The position numbers and the translations under genes were made by a program. The notes beneath the pieces are model-generated. The model worked only from the letters and a program-made list of their open reading frames with translations. It did not search any database and was not told where the DNA came from. Of a stretch of 64,000 bases of DNA, positions 24,406 through 37,469 are shown piece after piece. Position 1 is the first letter of the stretch. Every line of letters begins with the position of its first letter. Source of the stretch: Sphyrna mokarran. Taxonomy: Eukaryota. The stretch lies in the NCBI GenBank assembly GCA_024679065.1, contig JAGIQG010000018.1:27590001-27654000 (forward strand), written 5' to 3'.

Positions 24406-27400
24406 CTTCAGAAGAAAGGACATGGCATCATCATTGGGGGTGGCTGTGTTAGATTGTACCAGTTTCTGCCAGGTATGCACGTTAAAATTTCCCTCAGAAC
24501 CTTCCACCAAAATGGCCCAAAGTTGCCCTTGCAGTACTTTGAGGTCAGACTTGATGTTAGATCTACTTGGCTCCTTAAGCCACAGAACTGCTCCTGCAAA
24601 ACTACACATTGTTTACCACGTTTGGTTTAGGACCTCACTGATCTCCCTCCCTCTCTCCTATAGACAGAGACTTCCTCCAGAGAACCTGACTGGCATGCAC
24701 AGCTGATGCACTACATTCAACTGAGGTTCTATCCTGTGAAACAACTTGAAAGAATTTTTAAATGGAAATGAATAGCTCATATTTTATGTTGATGGGAGGA
24801 AATTGAAGTCAGGATTTAAAATATCTCCCATTTTACCGGTTCTATAGAAACATTGTGTAGATTAAGTACTTCTCATTTTTAAATCTGAGTCCAACAAAGA
24901 GATACTGTCTCCTTATAGCCACTAAATGCTTGGTGCTTTAAGTTTGAGTTGATGTAAGTAATGCCCTGTCTGTTCATAGCTGCCAGGTTGACTATCAACT
25001 ATGGCAATGTTTCATCAGAGCCTAGAGGAATAAAAATAGCCAGGAAAGTGAAGGAGTATTTGAAACACAAAGCCAGAGAATGAGTCTTTTTTTGTTACTT
25101 TCGCTGAGTCTCTCCAAGTGCCAGAAAGCGAAGAATTCAGTTATCAATCCCTGACAGCTGGCCTTTATGGTTTGATTGCGGTTTAAGTGACAAGCACGGC
25201 TTAAAAGTATTGGTTCAGGAAAGTTATTAGTTTGTAATGTGGCAAAAGGTATATACGCTTGAAGAATATCTGGAGGTTGCTTTATAAATATAAGTCAAGA
25301 ACAAATATAATATAAGAAGAAAGTAAATATATGAGAAATATACTTTTCATACATTATGGCTCTAGTCAGCGGCAAATAAAAATAATTCCCATTATTGTTG
25401 TGTTTATAGATTTTGTGAAAAGTTTAATTTTATTTATTGTGTATATTTCTGTTAAAACTCTTGACGTGAAAGTGTAGGGTAGTGTGAACAGTGAATGCTG
25501 CATAGTATGAAAGTGGCATTACCTATTTTTTTGGAGTCTTTTGATGATACAGGTATTGTCGAATGCCAATTTTGAATGCAAAAGACCGGCTAAATTTATA
25601 CGTATCTTACGCCATTTTTTTACCCTACGACAGGCCATCTTAGATCAGAAAACATAGAGTCCCTACAGTGCAAAAGGAGGCCATTTGGCCCATTGGATCT
25701 GCATTGACCACCGATCTTTTGGACCAATTTTATGAACTTGTTGTTGAGAGCCTCTCTGTAGCCCCAGTCTCACGTAGAAGGCCAGAAGACACAATTATAC
25801 TCCATTTGCATCAGTTTTCTGGTAACTTCATTGTTACTGTAACATCTCACAGAGCGACAGGAATCTGATTGCATGGCAGTAATGCAATTTGGTGATCAGC
25901 CATGATTAAAATGAATGGCGAAGCAGGCTTGAAGGGCCGAATGACCTACTCCAGCTTCTAGTTTCTATATTTATTAGCCATAGTCCAGGAGGGCAGAGCA
26001 AGTTTTGCAGCTTTATGTTTAAAGTAGACCAATGATTCTTACACTAATGATTATCAAACCAATGATTTAACTCTACTGTAATTTGTAATTTGGTTGCTTC
26101 TTATTGACATTTGTTGACCTGTGAGTGACTGAATTTGAGATTTTCATTGATCTCCCCCAACCCTCTCAACATATTCAAAAGATCAAAGGAGACCTGCTAA
26201 TGGGTATTCCCCTGTTCAATATTGTAATGTTACAGGAGGAAGAAGGGATGCAGGTAGTTACGATGCAGAAAGGCACCATGTAGGAGGTTCAGTGCACGCA
26301 GTGTACAAGGTGGAAAGGTTGTAGCAGGAACTGTCTGAAGATCGGTGCATATGAAACAACCCTTCACAACAGAAGGAATTGCCCTCTGTGTTCACACCTT
26401 CAGGAGGACTTGAAGTTTTAGTCGACTTCCCATAGGATCTTAATAGTGGAGCTGAAGGTCAGCATGGCCTTCACTCCTTTATGGCACCGAGACATCTCTA
26501 TCACCCACAGGAGACCTGCACAGTGTCACCCAGGGAGCTGTATTTACCTGCATTTGAAAGGTAACAGATGCCCTCTTCCGGGGAACGTCTGACTTTATCA
26601 AATCTGACATTTCTTGTGCAGAGCAAGGAGACGGGGCCATTAACTATGAGCTCGGCTAACTTGGCTGGGATGCAGTAGTGATTGATGTCGCTCACGTGCT
26701 AACGGTCCAAGTGATGATGTAGTCACATTCATTAACAGTAAATTCTGGGTACAATACTCTGTGAAAGATGCCAAGTCCTTCCAGAAGATTCGGAGATGAT
26801 TTTTAAGAATACGCTCCTAAACTAAATTGGTGGAGAGTCGGGGGAAGCGGAGATTGTTGTCTTTGGAGCAGAGAAGGTTAGTGCAGTTTTTCATTCCACT
26901 TTTTTTTATGTTTCCCATGTTTTGATTTATGATGGCTGCTTTTAGTAAGTTCCGGCGCCGTTGTCATTGTGGAATTTTGCCATTGGCTGTTGAGCATTAA
27001 GGGGTCAGAAGTGATCATTAAAAAGTCAACATGACTGAACGGACATCAATCCCCTCACCGTAGCAACAGCAACAGCGTTTGCAGGACCTCACATCAGCTT
27101 GAAAACTTCCCTCAGTGACCACTGGGCGGTTTTCCCTGCCCGAGATCCACTTTGAGATTTTGCACTGTGTTCTCAGGGTAGAGGTTCACAAGATACAGCA
27201 GTGTGATTAAAACTGTGCAGAGCATACTGGCAGCCTGGAGAATGGATTACTTCAAAGATGGTTTCAGGCTGTACTAAAGATTATTCCTAAGTAACAAGGT
27301 ATAATCTAAATTATTATTCACCACAGAAATGAGCAAACTGTAATCCTTTTGTCTCAATCCTCAAAGTCCATTAAAATTCAATGGAATCTAAGTGGGCTCA

Positions 27401-28696
27401 GTAGGCACATTATCATTTCTTTTAAATAACTTGTTCAGCATATAATGGCACATAGTTGAATATTTTAATGAGTTGATGAATGGTAAGTCTATAGTATTTA
27501 TACGGGATACGCACTGGTTGTAATCATGGAGTTAACCAGTCACCCTTTATCCTTCATTATTCATGGCTCAAGCAATCAGTGCTCTCTTTTATTGGGCTGA
27601 ATTCTCGGATTAAGTGTTCACGACACATTAAAACTCATTTGTATTTACGGCAGTGTCATTTTTGTTCACGTGTGATGATGGTGCAAGACCAAATCTTGCT
27701 CAAGTTAAAATGCAAGGACGATGAGTGAAGTTTCAGTGCAATTGATTCAATTTCCATGGCCTCTTCCACGTTCTGTGAAAGCTAGTCTTTGGCCATACAC
27801 ATTTACCTGGACATTAGTACTCACCAAGATGATGCAGCGAGCTAAGATCGCCTACTGGGCATCTGCAGGTAGCTCGTCAGTGACTCCAATTTGAATTTTG
27901 GGCCTGTGCGTATTGGTGGTGATGCTCAACTAAGTTCAGGGAAAGGCGATCAGCCTGAGCTAGGTATCTTCAACGCCAATGCAGAGTGAGGAGGGGGTCA
28001 CTGAATCCTCCTAGTTCCACATCCACGTAAACTAAAGAGTTGAACTGGCTTCCAACTGCGCTGCATGCTGACTGGATTTTTCTAAAGGTATACCAATTTC
28101 AAGAAGGGAACTTGAAGCAGGAATTAGCCCTCCTGTTTTTGTATGAATATGACCTCATACCTATTTTGAATATCCATTTTCCTCAGTATAATGAACAGTG
28201 CAGTTCCAGCATGGAATGTGTGCATATATACGCAGCCCACTATATTGGATTCTTGGCATCCATTTTGCTCTTTTGAAAGAGGCATAACTTCAACCAAAAA
28301 TCAAAGCCTTTTCTCTCTCTGCTTTGCATGAGTTAAAGTTTCTAAGGAACTTCTTTATACTATTGGATGTCTCTGGAATTCATTATAAATACAGAACAGT
28401 GTAAAATTTGTAAATCTTCAATTGTATCTTGTAGTAGGGTAGGAATATTTGATCATTACACCTTTCGGGAAAAAAAATTTCAAACATAAATTTAGCTGAA
28501 GAAGGCTTCATGATTGAGGCAACATGGTGCATAGCATACTGAAGCACCTCACACCCTACACTGATATAGCATATTGCATTTTCTGAGCTCTCAAATTTAA
28601 TTGCTAGAGAGGCAATGGATGCAAGCCATGTCCTTCCCCAAATAAAGGAGAACAGGGAATCAAGGCCCTCTTCAGTGTCATAGAGTCCTAGTCATA

Positions 28697-28825
28697 GGGG
28701 AGGATTTTTCAGACATGCTCGCCCCAATACTGGGAAATCCTCACTGGGGTCAAAGAACCTTTGTATAGTCTGTGCTTCACCCACTATGATTTCTATGGTG
28801 GGTGGGAAGGGAAAATTCCCACCCC
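28697..28825. mobile_element. 129-bp MITE with TIRs and 3-bp TSD (PIF/Harbinger-type)
   Basis: ATA|GGGGAGGATTTTTC...GAAAATTCCCACCCC|ATA; inserted in a CR1-type tail; related copy near 39935-40058. Confidence 0.75.
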
Positions 28826-29508
28826 ATAGAGTTTTACAGCACAGAAAGAGGCCTCTCTGCCCATCATGTCTGTGCTGACCATCAAACACTTATCTGTCCA
28901 ATTCCATTTTCCAGCACTTGGTCCATAACCTTGCATGTTGTGTTCATCTAAACATTATCTTTCCATGCATAAATATACTTCCAGGCTTTTGAGTTGCACT
29001 GACAGAAGATTGGGAGGGTGACCACCATAAATGTCCTCAGCGGGAAAGTTGACTTACTACAGGAAAGCTGAAGAAAATGAAATGGAGAAAATTGTTTTAT
29101 CAATAAGAGGACATGAGTTTTATTGCAGGATTGTGGCAAAAAGAAATACCATGAGAGAAGTCACAGTGTGGCTTTATCTATTTGATTTCAGTTCAATTTA
29201 AAATGAATCTTTCTTCCTTTATTTTCTTGCTTTATAATGTTTGAGCAGATTCTTTATTGGCGTGAGTACAATGAGAAAGCACCATTCGACTGGGGATAGC
29301 TGAGGACAGAGAAAGTCAATCGAGAAGCGTCCAAGAAGATCCAGTAATTGGAAATTTTCCCACATTCCCGTGCTTGAAGCAATGGGCAGGATTTTTAAAA
29401 TCCAAGTAAATTTAGGAAATCACGATGAAACTTGGATTTTGATTAATAATTACTGAATGATTAACCATTGGCTATTCAATTTCAATAAATTAAATTCCTT
29501 GCCTGCAG

Positions 29509-29523
29509 ATCACATGAGTTATG
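29509..29523 (+). CDS. Candidate 15-nt micro-exon
   Basis: ttccttgcctgcag|ATCACATGAGTTATG|gtatgg; UGC motifs in the pyrimidine tract. Confidence 0.3.
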
Positions 29524-31471
29524 GTATGGATATGCATTTATTCTTTCCAACCTGGCGCTTCCTGTATAGAATTACGGGGAGATATTTTACTTGTGTGCCA
29601 AACAGACGTGAGATCGGATCTATATCCACAGTGCCCATTCAATGTGACAATCAGGAAGACAGAACATCTTCAGACTCAGTTCTTACTGCCACCTTTCCAG
29701 TAAACTGTGAACATTGAATCTTTGCTCCGCTGCAGTTCCGAGGTTTTCTGTGACTGGAAATTGGTTACCATTAACGTGCAGTCAGCCATTAGGCTGCAGA
29801 CATGAACTGACCATGATCATGCAAAGAATTGTCTAGGAGCTGGACGTCAGAACATTGACATCTGTATTAAGTTAGTTCTCAGCAGCTGCACAAAGTGACA
29901 TGAACATGCACCAGGTATCATTGTATTATATTCTAAAATTGGGCAACTGTCGGTATACCTACACCTTACAGACTAAAGTGGTTCACAAAGGTGTCTCACC
30001 TTCTCCAGGGCAATTAGAGATAGCCAACAAATGTGGACCTTTCCAGCCACACTTTCTTCAGATGAATGAATTGAACAAACTATTCAACCCATGCTGCTCG
30101 TGCTAACCCTTCGATGGAGTTACCAATTAATTCACTTTCCCTGCTGTTTCCCTAAAACTTTGCTATTTTCTTTACTTTTGAGTATCTATTTCTTTTTTGA
30201 ATTTTACTGTTGAGTAAATTATTGCCTTCTAAGTTGCAATAACAACACATTTAAAAAAAGGTTCCCCCCATTGTCAATCAACTTAAATCTGTGGTTGCTG
30301 ATTATTCTGTCACCAGAAACATTTTTATTTTCTGTATCAAAATGCTTCATGATTTAGAAAGTCTCAAAACCTCTCATTATTTTCTACTCTAAGGAAGAAG
30401 CCTTCTCAAGCTTCTTTGAATAACTGATGTCTGTCCCTTAGCCTTCATATAATGCCAGTAAATCCAATGGTGAAAATACATCCCATTCAAAGCTTTTTAA
30501 ATCTCCTCAAGTGTTTAGTCTGTTATTAAAAAAAAATTTCTATTCAGTAAGCACATCAAAGGGAGCTAATTCTATAATAACCTTTTTAAACTGTCAACCA
30601 ACTTAGAATTTAGAACTTCCTGCAAAGCTTTTGAAACTCAGCCAAGCATACACAATGACATAACAATTCTGGACAAAGGTCAAAGAATAACTTTCTTGAA
30701 ACAGTGAAACAGGTGGTCATTTTTTTTTTCTAATCTACACCAAATGCAATCCAGCAGGCGTTATTATTTTAACTCTTACTGACATCTTAAGCCAATTTGT
30801 TTTTTTTTTCTAAGTTTAAAGAGCAGGGGATTTAAACATTTCAGTTCATCACACTTCAATAGACCTTATCCTCTCCTCAAAAATATTTGTATCTACTCCA
30901 TTGACTTGTGACTCTGACACTGCTGTTTAAGGACCTTGAAACATTGAAACAGCAATGCTAACCACTGTGAGGCAGCAGTGCTAACTACTTTGAAGTTAAA
31001 TGGGCGAGATAATTTTGGCAGTCCCATTTGTCTGAATCATCCCACAACCCTCTTCCCTGTCAGCAAAAATTGGATCTGTCAGAAACTGGGGTGAGACTTC
31101 CACATCTGGGTCCTGATCACCATTTTTAAAGGTGCATGGGGTCACCCCAACTGCCTGAAAAGCCGGCCCACTGTCTCTCTCCATCCTTTCTGAATAGTTT
31201 CACTCTTGTCTGTGTCAAATTTCATTTGCCACACGTCTGTCCATTTCATCAGTCTATGTCATCCTGAAGTCTGTTATTACACTCAATCTTTACTAATTTA
31301 TGAACTTTACACCATCTTTAAAATCATGTCCTGTATAATAAAATTCAGGTCACATATAAAAATTGCAATCTGAGCCTGAAAGAACTCTGCTCTTTATCTC
31401 TCTCCTGCTTGTGGAAGAACCATTTCCCACTATACTCAACTATCCTTTCATCAATTTCATATCCACGCTGT

Positions 31472-31838
31472 GGCATGGTGGCAGAGCGGCTACGGCAATT
31501 AACATTGCTGCCTCAATTGATTAGCACTGCTGCCTCACAGTGGTCAGCACTGCTGCCTCAGAGCGCCAGAGACCTGGGTTCGATTCCCGGCTTGGGTCAC
31601 TATCTGTGTGGAGTCTGCATGTTCTCCGCACTTCTGTGTGGGTTTCCTCTGGGTGCTTGGGTTTTCAACCACGGTCTGAAAGACATGCTGGTTAGGTGCA
31701 TTGGTCATGCTAACTTCTCCCTCAGTGTACCCGAACAGGCGCTGGAATGTGGCGACTAGAAGATTTTCACAGTAACTTCATTGCAATGCCAACGTAACCT
31801 TACTTGTGATGCTAATAAATAAACTTTACAAAAACTTT
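31472..31838 (+). mobile_element. V-SINE with HE1-like head and type-2 tail; head motif triplicated
   Basis: Three TGCTGCCTCA motifs at 31506-31560; tail CCCTCAGTGTACCCGAACAGGCG...TACTTGTGATGCTAATAAATAAACTTT. Confidence 0.88.
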
Positions 31839-33247
31839 GAAAACTGCCACTGTATCTTTAACTTCAGGAGTGAAATTGGCAGTTAAAAGTATCTTAATGG
31901 TGCCATTATTTTCTGTGAAATGGAAATAGAAGTGAACCTTGCAGGAGTTCTTCCAACATGGGTGGGTTTATGGTTGGTGTTGACTCAATGGGCTGAATGA
32001 GCTACTTCTGCATTGTAGGATTCTGTGATTCTTTCCGAACCAATATTTAACTCCCAGCCAGTACTAATTGGGTACGCTTAAATAGCGTCAGTCTGTTGAC
32101 TTGCCCTGGGCGCTGGGAGCGACTTGCATCCTGTAACAGTGCACTTAGTGTTGAACCTTGGCTCTCATTTCAACTAGACTGGCAAGCTTTATGGATCTGC
32201 TGTGCAGGCACAGTGAGCTTGCTGACAAAGTAAATTTAAATCTTAAGCTGCTGTGGCATTGGAGTGATCTTCATGGGGTGGAGGCATTTAGGGAAGGGGT
32301 TGGCATTGTGGATGGCGGAGACAATTGGAACAAGGAGGGGGAAGATTGCGAGGATAGGTAGTGACCAGAAAGAAGTGGTGGGGAGGGAGGTGGAGGTTAA
32401 TTGGGTGGGTGAAGTGGGGAAGGGATGGTGACAGAAATTGCTGCTGAGCTATGAGTGCTTCACCTGCTTCTGTATCTTTTGGTAGTAGCCCCCAGTGATC
32501 ATTTTAAAGACCATGTGGTAACTTGTTGCCAAGGATTTAAAACCATGGAACAGGCCATCCAATCCAAAGGTTGGCCCTTAAGCCACTATCTCAAACCATC
32601 AACATACTCCTATTCCTTTCTTTTTCATGTTCCCATCCAGCTTCTCCTTGAATTCACTTGTACTGTTCATCTCAATTAGACCTTATTGTAGTGAATTCTA
32701 CGTTCTACCCACTTTCTGGATAAAAAGGTTTCTCCTGAGGTCCCCATTTGGTTCATTATTCATCTATTTATGCTTATAATTCTGGTCTCTTGGTCGACCC
32801 TATCAAATGCATTCATAATCTGAAAGACCTCTTATCAAGTCCCATTTCAGACTTCTCTTTCTGGAGAAAAGAGGCCCAGCTCTTTCCCTTCTATCAATTC
32901 TCACTGATAAGGCTGACCTCTGAGTTCTAGTATTGTTATATTAAATATGTATTTTCAAATTTCCCAATGACTTTTATGTCCTTTTTATAATATGGATGCT
33001 GGAGTTATTCCAGGAGTTGCGGAACCAAAATTCTATACAAGCTTAATATATCATGGTTTTCCTAAATGCCATCATATCTGGAACCAGTTCAGGATAGCCC
33101 AGTTTTGGGGAGAGTTCTGGAAACAATGGGAAGTTCCTTATTTCGATATGCTAAGAAGCTACCATCTTTTTCAACTGTGGACGCTGGGTACCTATATTTC
33201 AACCTTTGTCAGTATGATGAACATAACTTTCCAGCACGGAATGAGCA

Positions 33248-33800
33248 TAGAAACTAGAAACAGGAGTAGGATATTTGGCTCTTCAACCTGCTTCGCCAAC
33301 CATTTTGATTATGGCTGATCATCGCATTCAATATCCTAATTCCCCTTCCTCCCATATCCCTTGATCCCTTTAGGTCCAATAACTAGGTCTAATTTCTTTT
33401 TGAAATCAGACAGTGTTTTGGTCTTAACCATTTTCTGTGGTAGTGAATTCCATACATTTCACCACTCTCTGGGTGAACAAATTTCTCCTCACCTCAGGTC
33501 TAAAAGGTTTACCCCTTATTCCCAAACTATGATCCCAACTTGGACTCCCAACCATTAGGAACATTCTTTCTGAATCTACCCTGTCTAACTCTTATGGAAT
33601 TTTATACGTTTCTATAAGATCCCCTCTCACTCTTCTAAGCTCCAGTGCATACAATCCTAACAGACCTAATCTCTCCTCATATGATAGATCTGCCATCCCA
33701 GGAATCAGCCCGTGTACTCCCTCTATAGAAAGGACATCCTTCCTCAGATAAGGACGCCAAAACTGCACACGTGCACATGCCCTGTGAATAAGTGCTTCAG
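33248..33800 (-). mobile_element. CR1 LINE 3' fragment (RT C-terminus plus 3' UTR)
   Basis: ORF 33592-33912 VQFWRPYLRKDVLSIEGV...LSYEERLGLLGLYALELRRVRGDLIETYKI. Confidence 0.92.
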
Positions 33801-34315
33801 GACCTATTTTACACCATTTTACCTCATTACTGTTTGCTTGGCTGATCAGCAAAGAAATTGGCTGCTGCATTTGTTTGCAAGAACAGAAAACCATACTGCA
33901 AAGGTCATTCATTGGCTGAGAAAAATTTGAGGCATTCTTAAGACATGCATATCGCTATATAAATACACTTTTCTTTCTTTAATTTGTTTCTACTCTCCTT
34001 GCCTTAACTGAACATCACTCCTTACTTCAGAACAATGGTGTTATTAAAATAAAAATTTCAATAGCCTTAAAGAATCACTGGAAAACATGTTACTTATACT
34101 AAAAACACTCAGAACTGCTGTGCTGGTGCTAAAATTGCCCATGGCATTCCTCAGGCTGAAGAATTGAGTGAATGTAAGATATGAACAATGTCAGGAATCA
34201 CCAGTGAAGAATGGCTATTTGACAAGCTATTAGGTGAATGATAACATCAATGACTTCTGGATGAAAAGAAGATATGGGTGAAATATGAAAGGATTTATGA
34301 AGGGTAGGCAGGATT

Positions 34316-34644
34316 TCATAGAATCCCTACAATGCAGAATTGTCCATCCAGTCTGCACTGACTCTCTGACAGAGCATCCCATTCCCAGCTCCACCTGCTA
34401 TCTCATCCCTGTAACTGAACGCATTTACCTGTTTAATCCCCCTAACCTACACATCTTGGGACACTAATGGGCAAACTAGCACGGCCAATCCACCTAACCT
34501 GCAAATCTTTGGAGGAAACCAGCGCACCTGGAGGAAACCCATGCAGATATGGGGAGAACATCCACACAGACAGTGACCCAAGCCAGGAATCGCACCCAGG
34601 TCCCTGGCGCTGTGAGGCAGCAATGCTAACCACTGTGCCACACG
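34316..34644 (-). mobile_element. HE1-like V-SINE, full length
   Basis: Antisense head CCCTGGCGCTGTGAGGCAGCAATGCTAACCACTGTGCCA; tail CATAGAATCCCTACAATGCAG. Confidence 0.92.
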
Positions 34645-34739
34645 TAGTTATGAATATGCATTTGCAATCAGCACTGTTTGTGATGTTAGTCTACGATTAA
34701 TGAACTGCACTGAAGTAATGATACTTGCTGCTGATCTCA

Positions 34740-35235
34740 AAGAAAACCTTGCAGTCTCCTTGTGAGAAGTTCACCTCCTTTGTCCTACAATGATACTGCA
34801 ACTGATTGTGTTCCTGTGTTGCTGTTATATTTGGAGAGATCATGGATTGGAAATATGTTGTTGCAGAAGCCTTGGCAAGTCGCTGCAGTGTATCTTGTCG
34901 ATGGCACACACTGTTGCTATAAAGCCCAGGAGATGGAAAGAGTGAATGTATGAAGTGGTAGATGGAGGGGTGACAATCAAACAGGCTGATTAATTTGGCT
35001 GATGTCATGCCTCTTGAGTGTTATTGGAGCTGAACTTGCCCAAGCAATTAGAGAATAGTCTGTTACACTCCTCAGTGGTACCTTGTAGATTGTGGACAGA
35101 ATTTGGGGAGTCACGTTGAGAGTTTTTATCTCAGAATTTCTGGCCCCTGAGCTACCTGTGTATATTGGGTCATAATGACATCATTGGAAGCTGACTGCAA
35201 TTTTAGCTGGGGATGACCTGAGATGGAAACTCAGT
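34740..35235 (-). mobile_element. Old CR1/L2-clade LINE RT fragment
   Basis: CCTTGGCAAGTCGCTGCAGTGTATCTTGTCGATGGCACACACTG resembles a decayed antisense SLHHRR.VA..C.IYKMHC segment. Confidence 0.55.
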
Positions 35236-36730
35236 GATTTTCCACCCAAAGAAGACAGTGGAGAAATGGTTTGGGGGCAAGAAAACCCTAAACAGCTACA
35301 TTTCTCTTTATTTCCTTTGGCAAGGAGTAAATAAATTGCTTCCCCAGCTATAGTTGCCCCACCTTTCTGATGATGAGATTGTCGTAAGATGGCTTTGTAA
35401 CCGATTCTGCCACCTATTTCTGATACTACTGTCACAATTTTCAGCTGTTTCTTAATGATTTTTCCTGAATATGTGAGAAACCTTTGGGGACATTGAAAAG
35501 AACTGGGGGCTAAATGAGTCCAAGCTCCATTTCTGGAGAATTTGATGAGTTCCCTATGCACAGGGTACCCATTCTAAGTTAAAACTGAGGCAGTTGTGAC
35601 ACTTGCAGAAGATATTTGATATGTAAATTCAACAGTTCACAAGCAATTAGACAATGCTGAATTTGAACTGGAAACTAAACGGGGTGTATGTTCTTTAATG
35701 ATAGCATAATATGTGGGCAGAGATTGACAATCTTAATCAGCTCTGAAGAATGAAACTTTCACTGATAGGCAACCTTTCTTTGTTTCTCCAAATGTTGGAT
35801 TTGAACTATTATAAAAATGGCAACAAAGGAAAGGGGAAGAGTGACAGCTCTGAAGCATGTTCTGCATTTCTCAAGATAGTCTCATACACACAGGATGGAT
35901 ATTGCCAGGTTTTGCTCCTTACTTGTGGCATTGCTGTGAAGCTAAAAGAAAGCGGCGATAAGTAGGAGCCCTGCTGGTAATGGAGAAAGCAAGACATTAT
36001 CTTCTCCACATTGAACAAAAAGCACTTACCATATCTCTTTATAATTGTCAGTTCATTTCTATATGATATATGTAACCTCATACTGTGTAGTCTGGCATTA
36101 CGTGAAAGCTGTAACAGCAGTAGTTTGAATAATTCAGAAACCAATAATATTGCTTCACAGTGGTTCTGCTGTCAAGTTTGCTGCATTGACATATTATAAT
36201 AGATCTGGCTTTTCCGACAGGGGTGGCGTGCAGTATCTCGAGGTCTCTTTGCAAACCGTTAATCATTAAATCCATCCAATGCCACTTGCATTCACTGCTT
36301 GTGACAGGCAAATTAGAGACTGTGATCTAACTTCTAATTCCAGTTTTGGCAGTTAAGAAAATGGTTATTATGAATGTGACTAATAGACATTTTGTTCTGA
36401 TGTCAGCTTGTTTGAGAGTGATAACTTTTTATATATCCAACCCTAGAACCAACTCTGCAGTCAGCTGAGTAATTACATTTACTCTTTTTGGCATCTACAT
36501 CATGTTTAAGGAATTATGTTTTTCTTCATGCCTTTCCCAAATAAATATGTAGCCTTAAGATTGTGACACAGGAGAACTGTTTTTTTTACTCAGCATAACT
36601 AATTCATTCAGTTGCTGCAGGAAGCTGGCTTGATATCAGAATTAAACTCAACACACTTTTCTTTTAGTTACAACAGAGTCGACATTGAGAATGCAAGGTG
36701 ATATTGTCTGGTTGTTAAGTTATTAAAACA

Positions 36731-37023
36731 GTTTAAAGTTTAAGTTTATTCACTAATGTTACATATAGGCTAACATTAACATTGCAATGAAGTCACTGTG
36801 AAAATACCCTAGTCGCCACGTGCGGCAGCTACTGTTTGGGTACACTGAGGGAGAATTTAGCATGGCCAATGCACCTAACCCAGACTGAGAGGAAACCAGA
36901 ACATCTGAAGGAAAACCACGCAGACATGGGGAGAACGAGCAGATTCCTCACTGAAAGTGACCCAAACTGGTAATCAAGGCCAGAGTCCCTGAAGCTGTGA
37001 AGCAGCAGTACCACTGCTGTCAC
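36731..37023 (-). mobile_element. V-SINE with type-2 tail
   Basis: Antisense of the 31472 type: AAAGTTTAAGTTTATT...TTTGGGTACACTGAGGGAGAATTTAGCATGGCC. Confidence 0.85.
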
Positions 37024-37469
37024 CTGAAGAAGGTGAATATTCTATGAATTTTGTTCTGATAGTCAAGGTTTATTAGAAGTTATGTTTTATAAATGTCTGC
37101 TGCTATAAAATACCAGGATGGTTTTCAGTCTGCCACCAGGCAAGTGTCAGGGGAGACAATGATGCTCCTGCCTGCTCACATCAGTGAGAGACCTGAACCA
37201 GTTTAGTGGTTGCATGGAGATCAACAGCAGGGTCAAGTATTTCTGTGTATTAGCCAGGAGGAGCTGCAGAAATATTAAAGGAGAAAAGTCTGGCGTGTGC
37301 TTGGAGTGGCCTGCAGCAATTCCTTTTATCTACTTCAAACAGGGCTGTCGAAGGATAATACACACAGGTCATGTCACATCCTATACAGTGCACAGGCCCT
37401 TACTTTAAATGTTGAAATCTGCAGCTTTCAATTGAGAGTTCTGGTCCTCCTGTTTAATACTCACTCAAA

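Noticed and set aside
27439-27482. AG...GTAAGT-bounded segment
   Set aside because: Stop codons in all three frames
27900-28020. Faint 7SL-like words (CTAAGTTC, GGAGGGG)
   Set aside because: Only short matches; no Alu domain or S-domain structure
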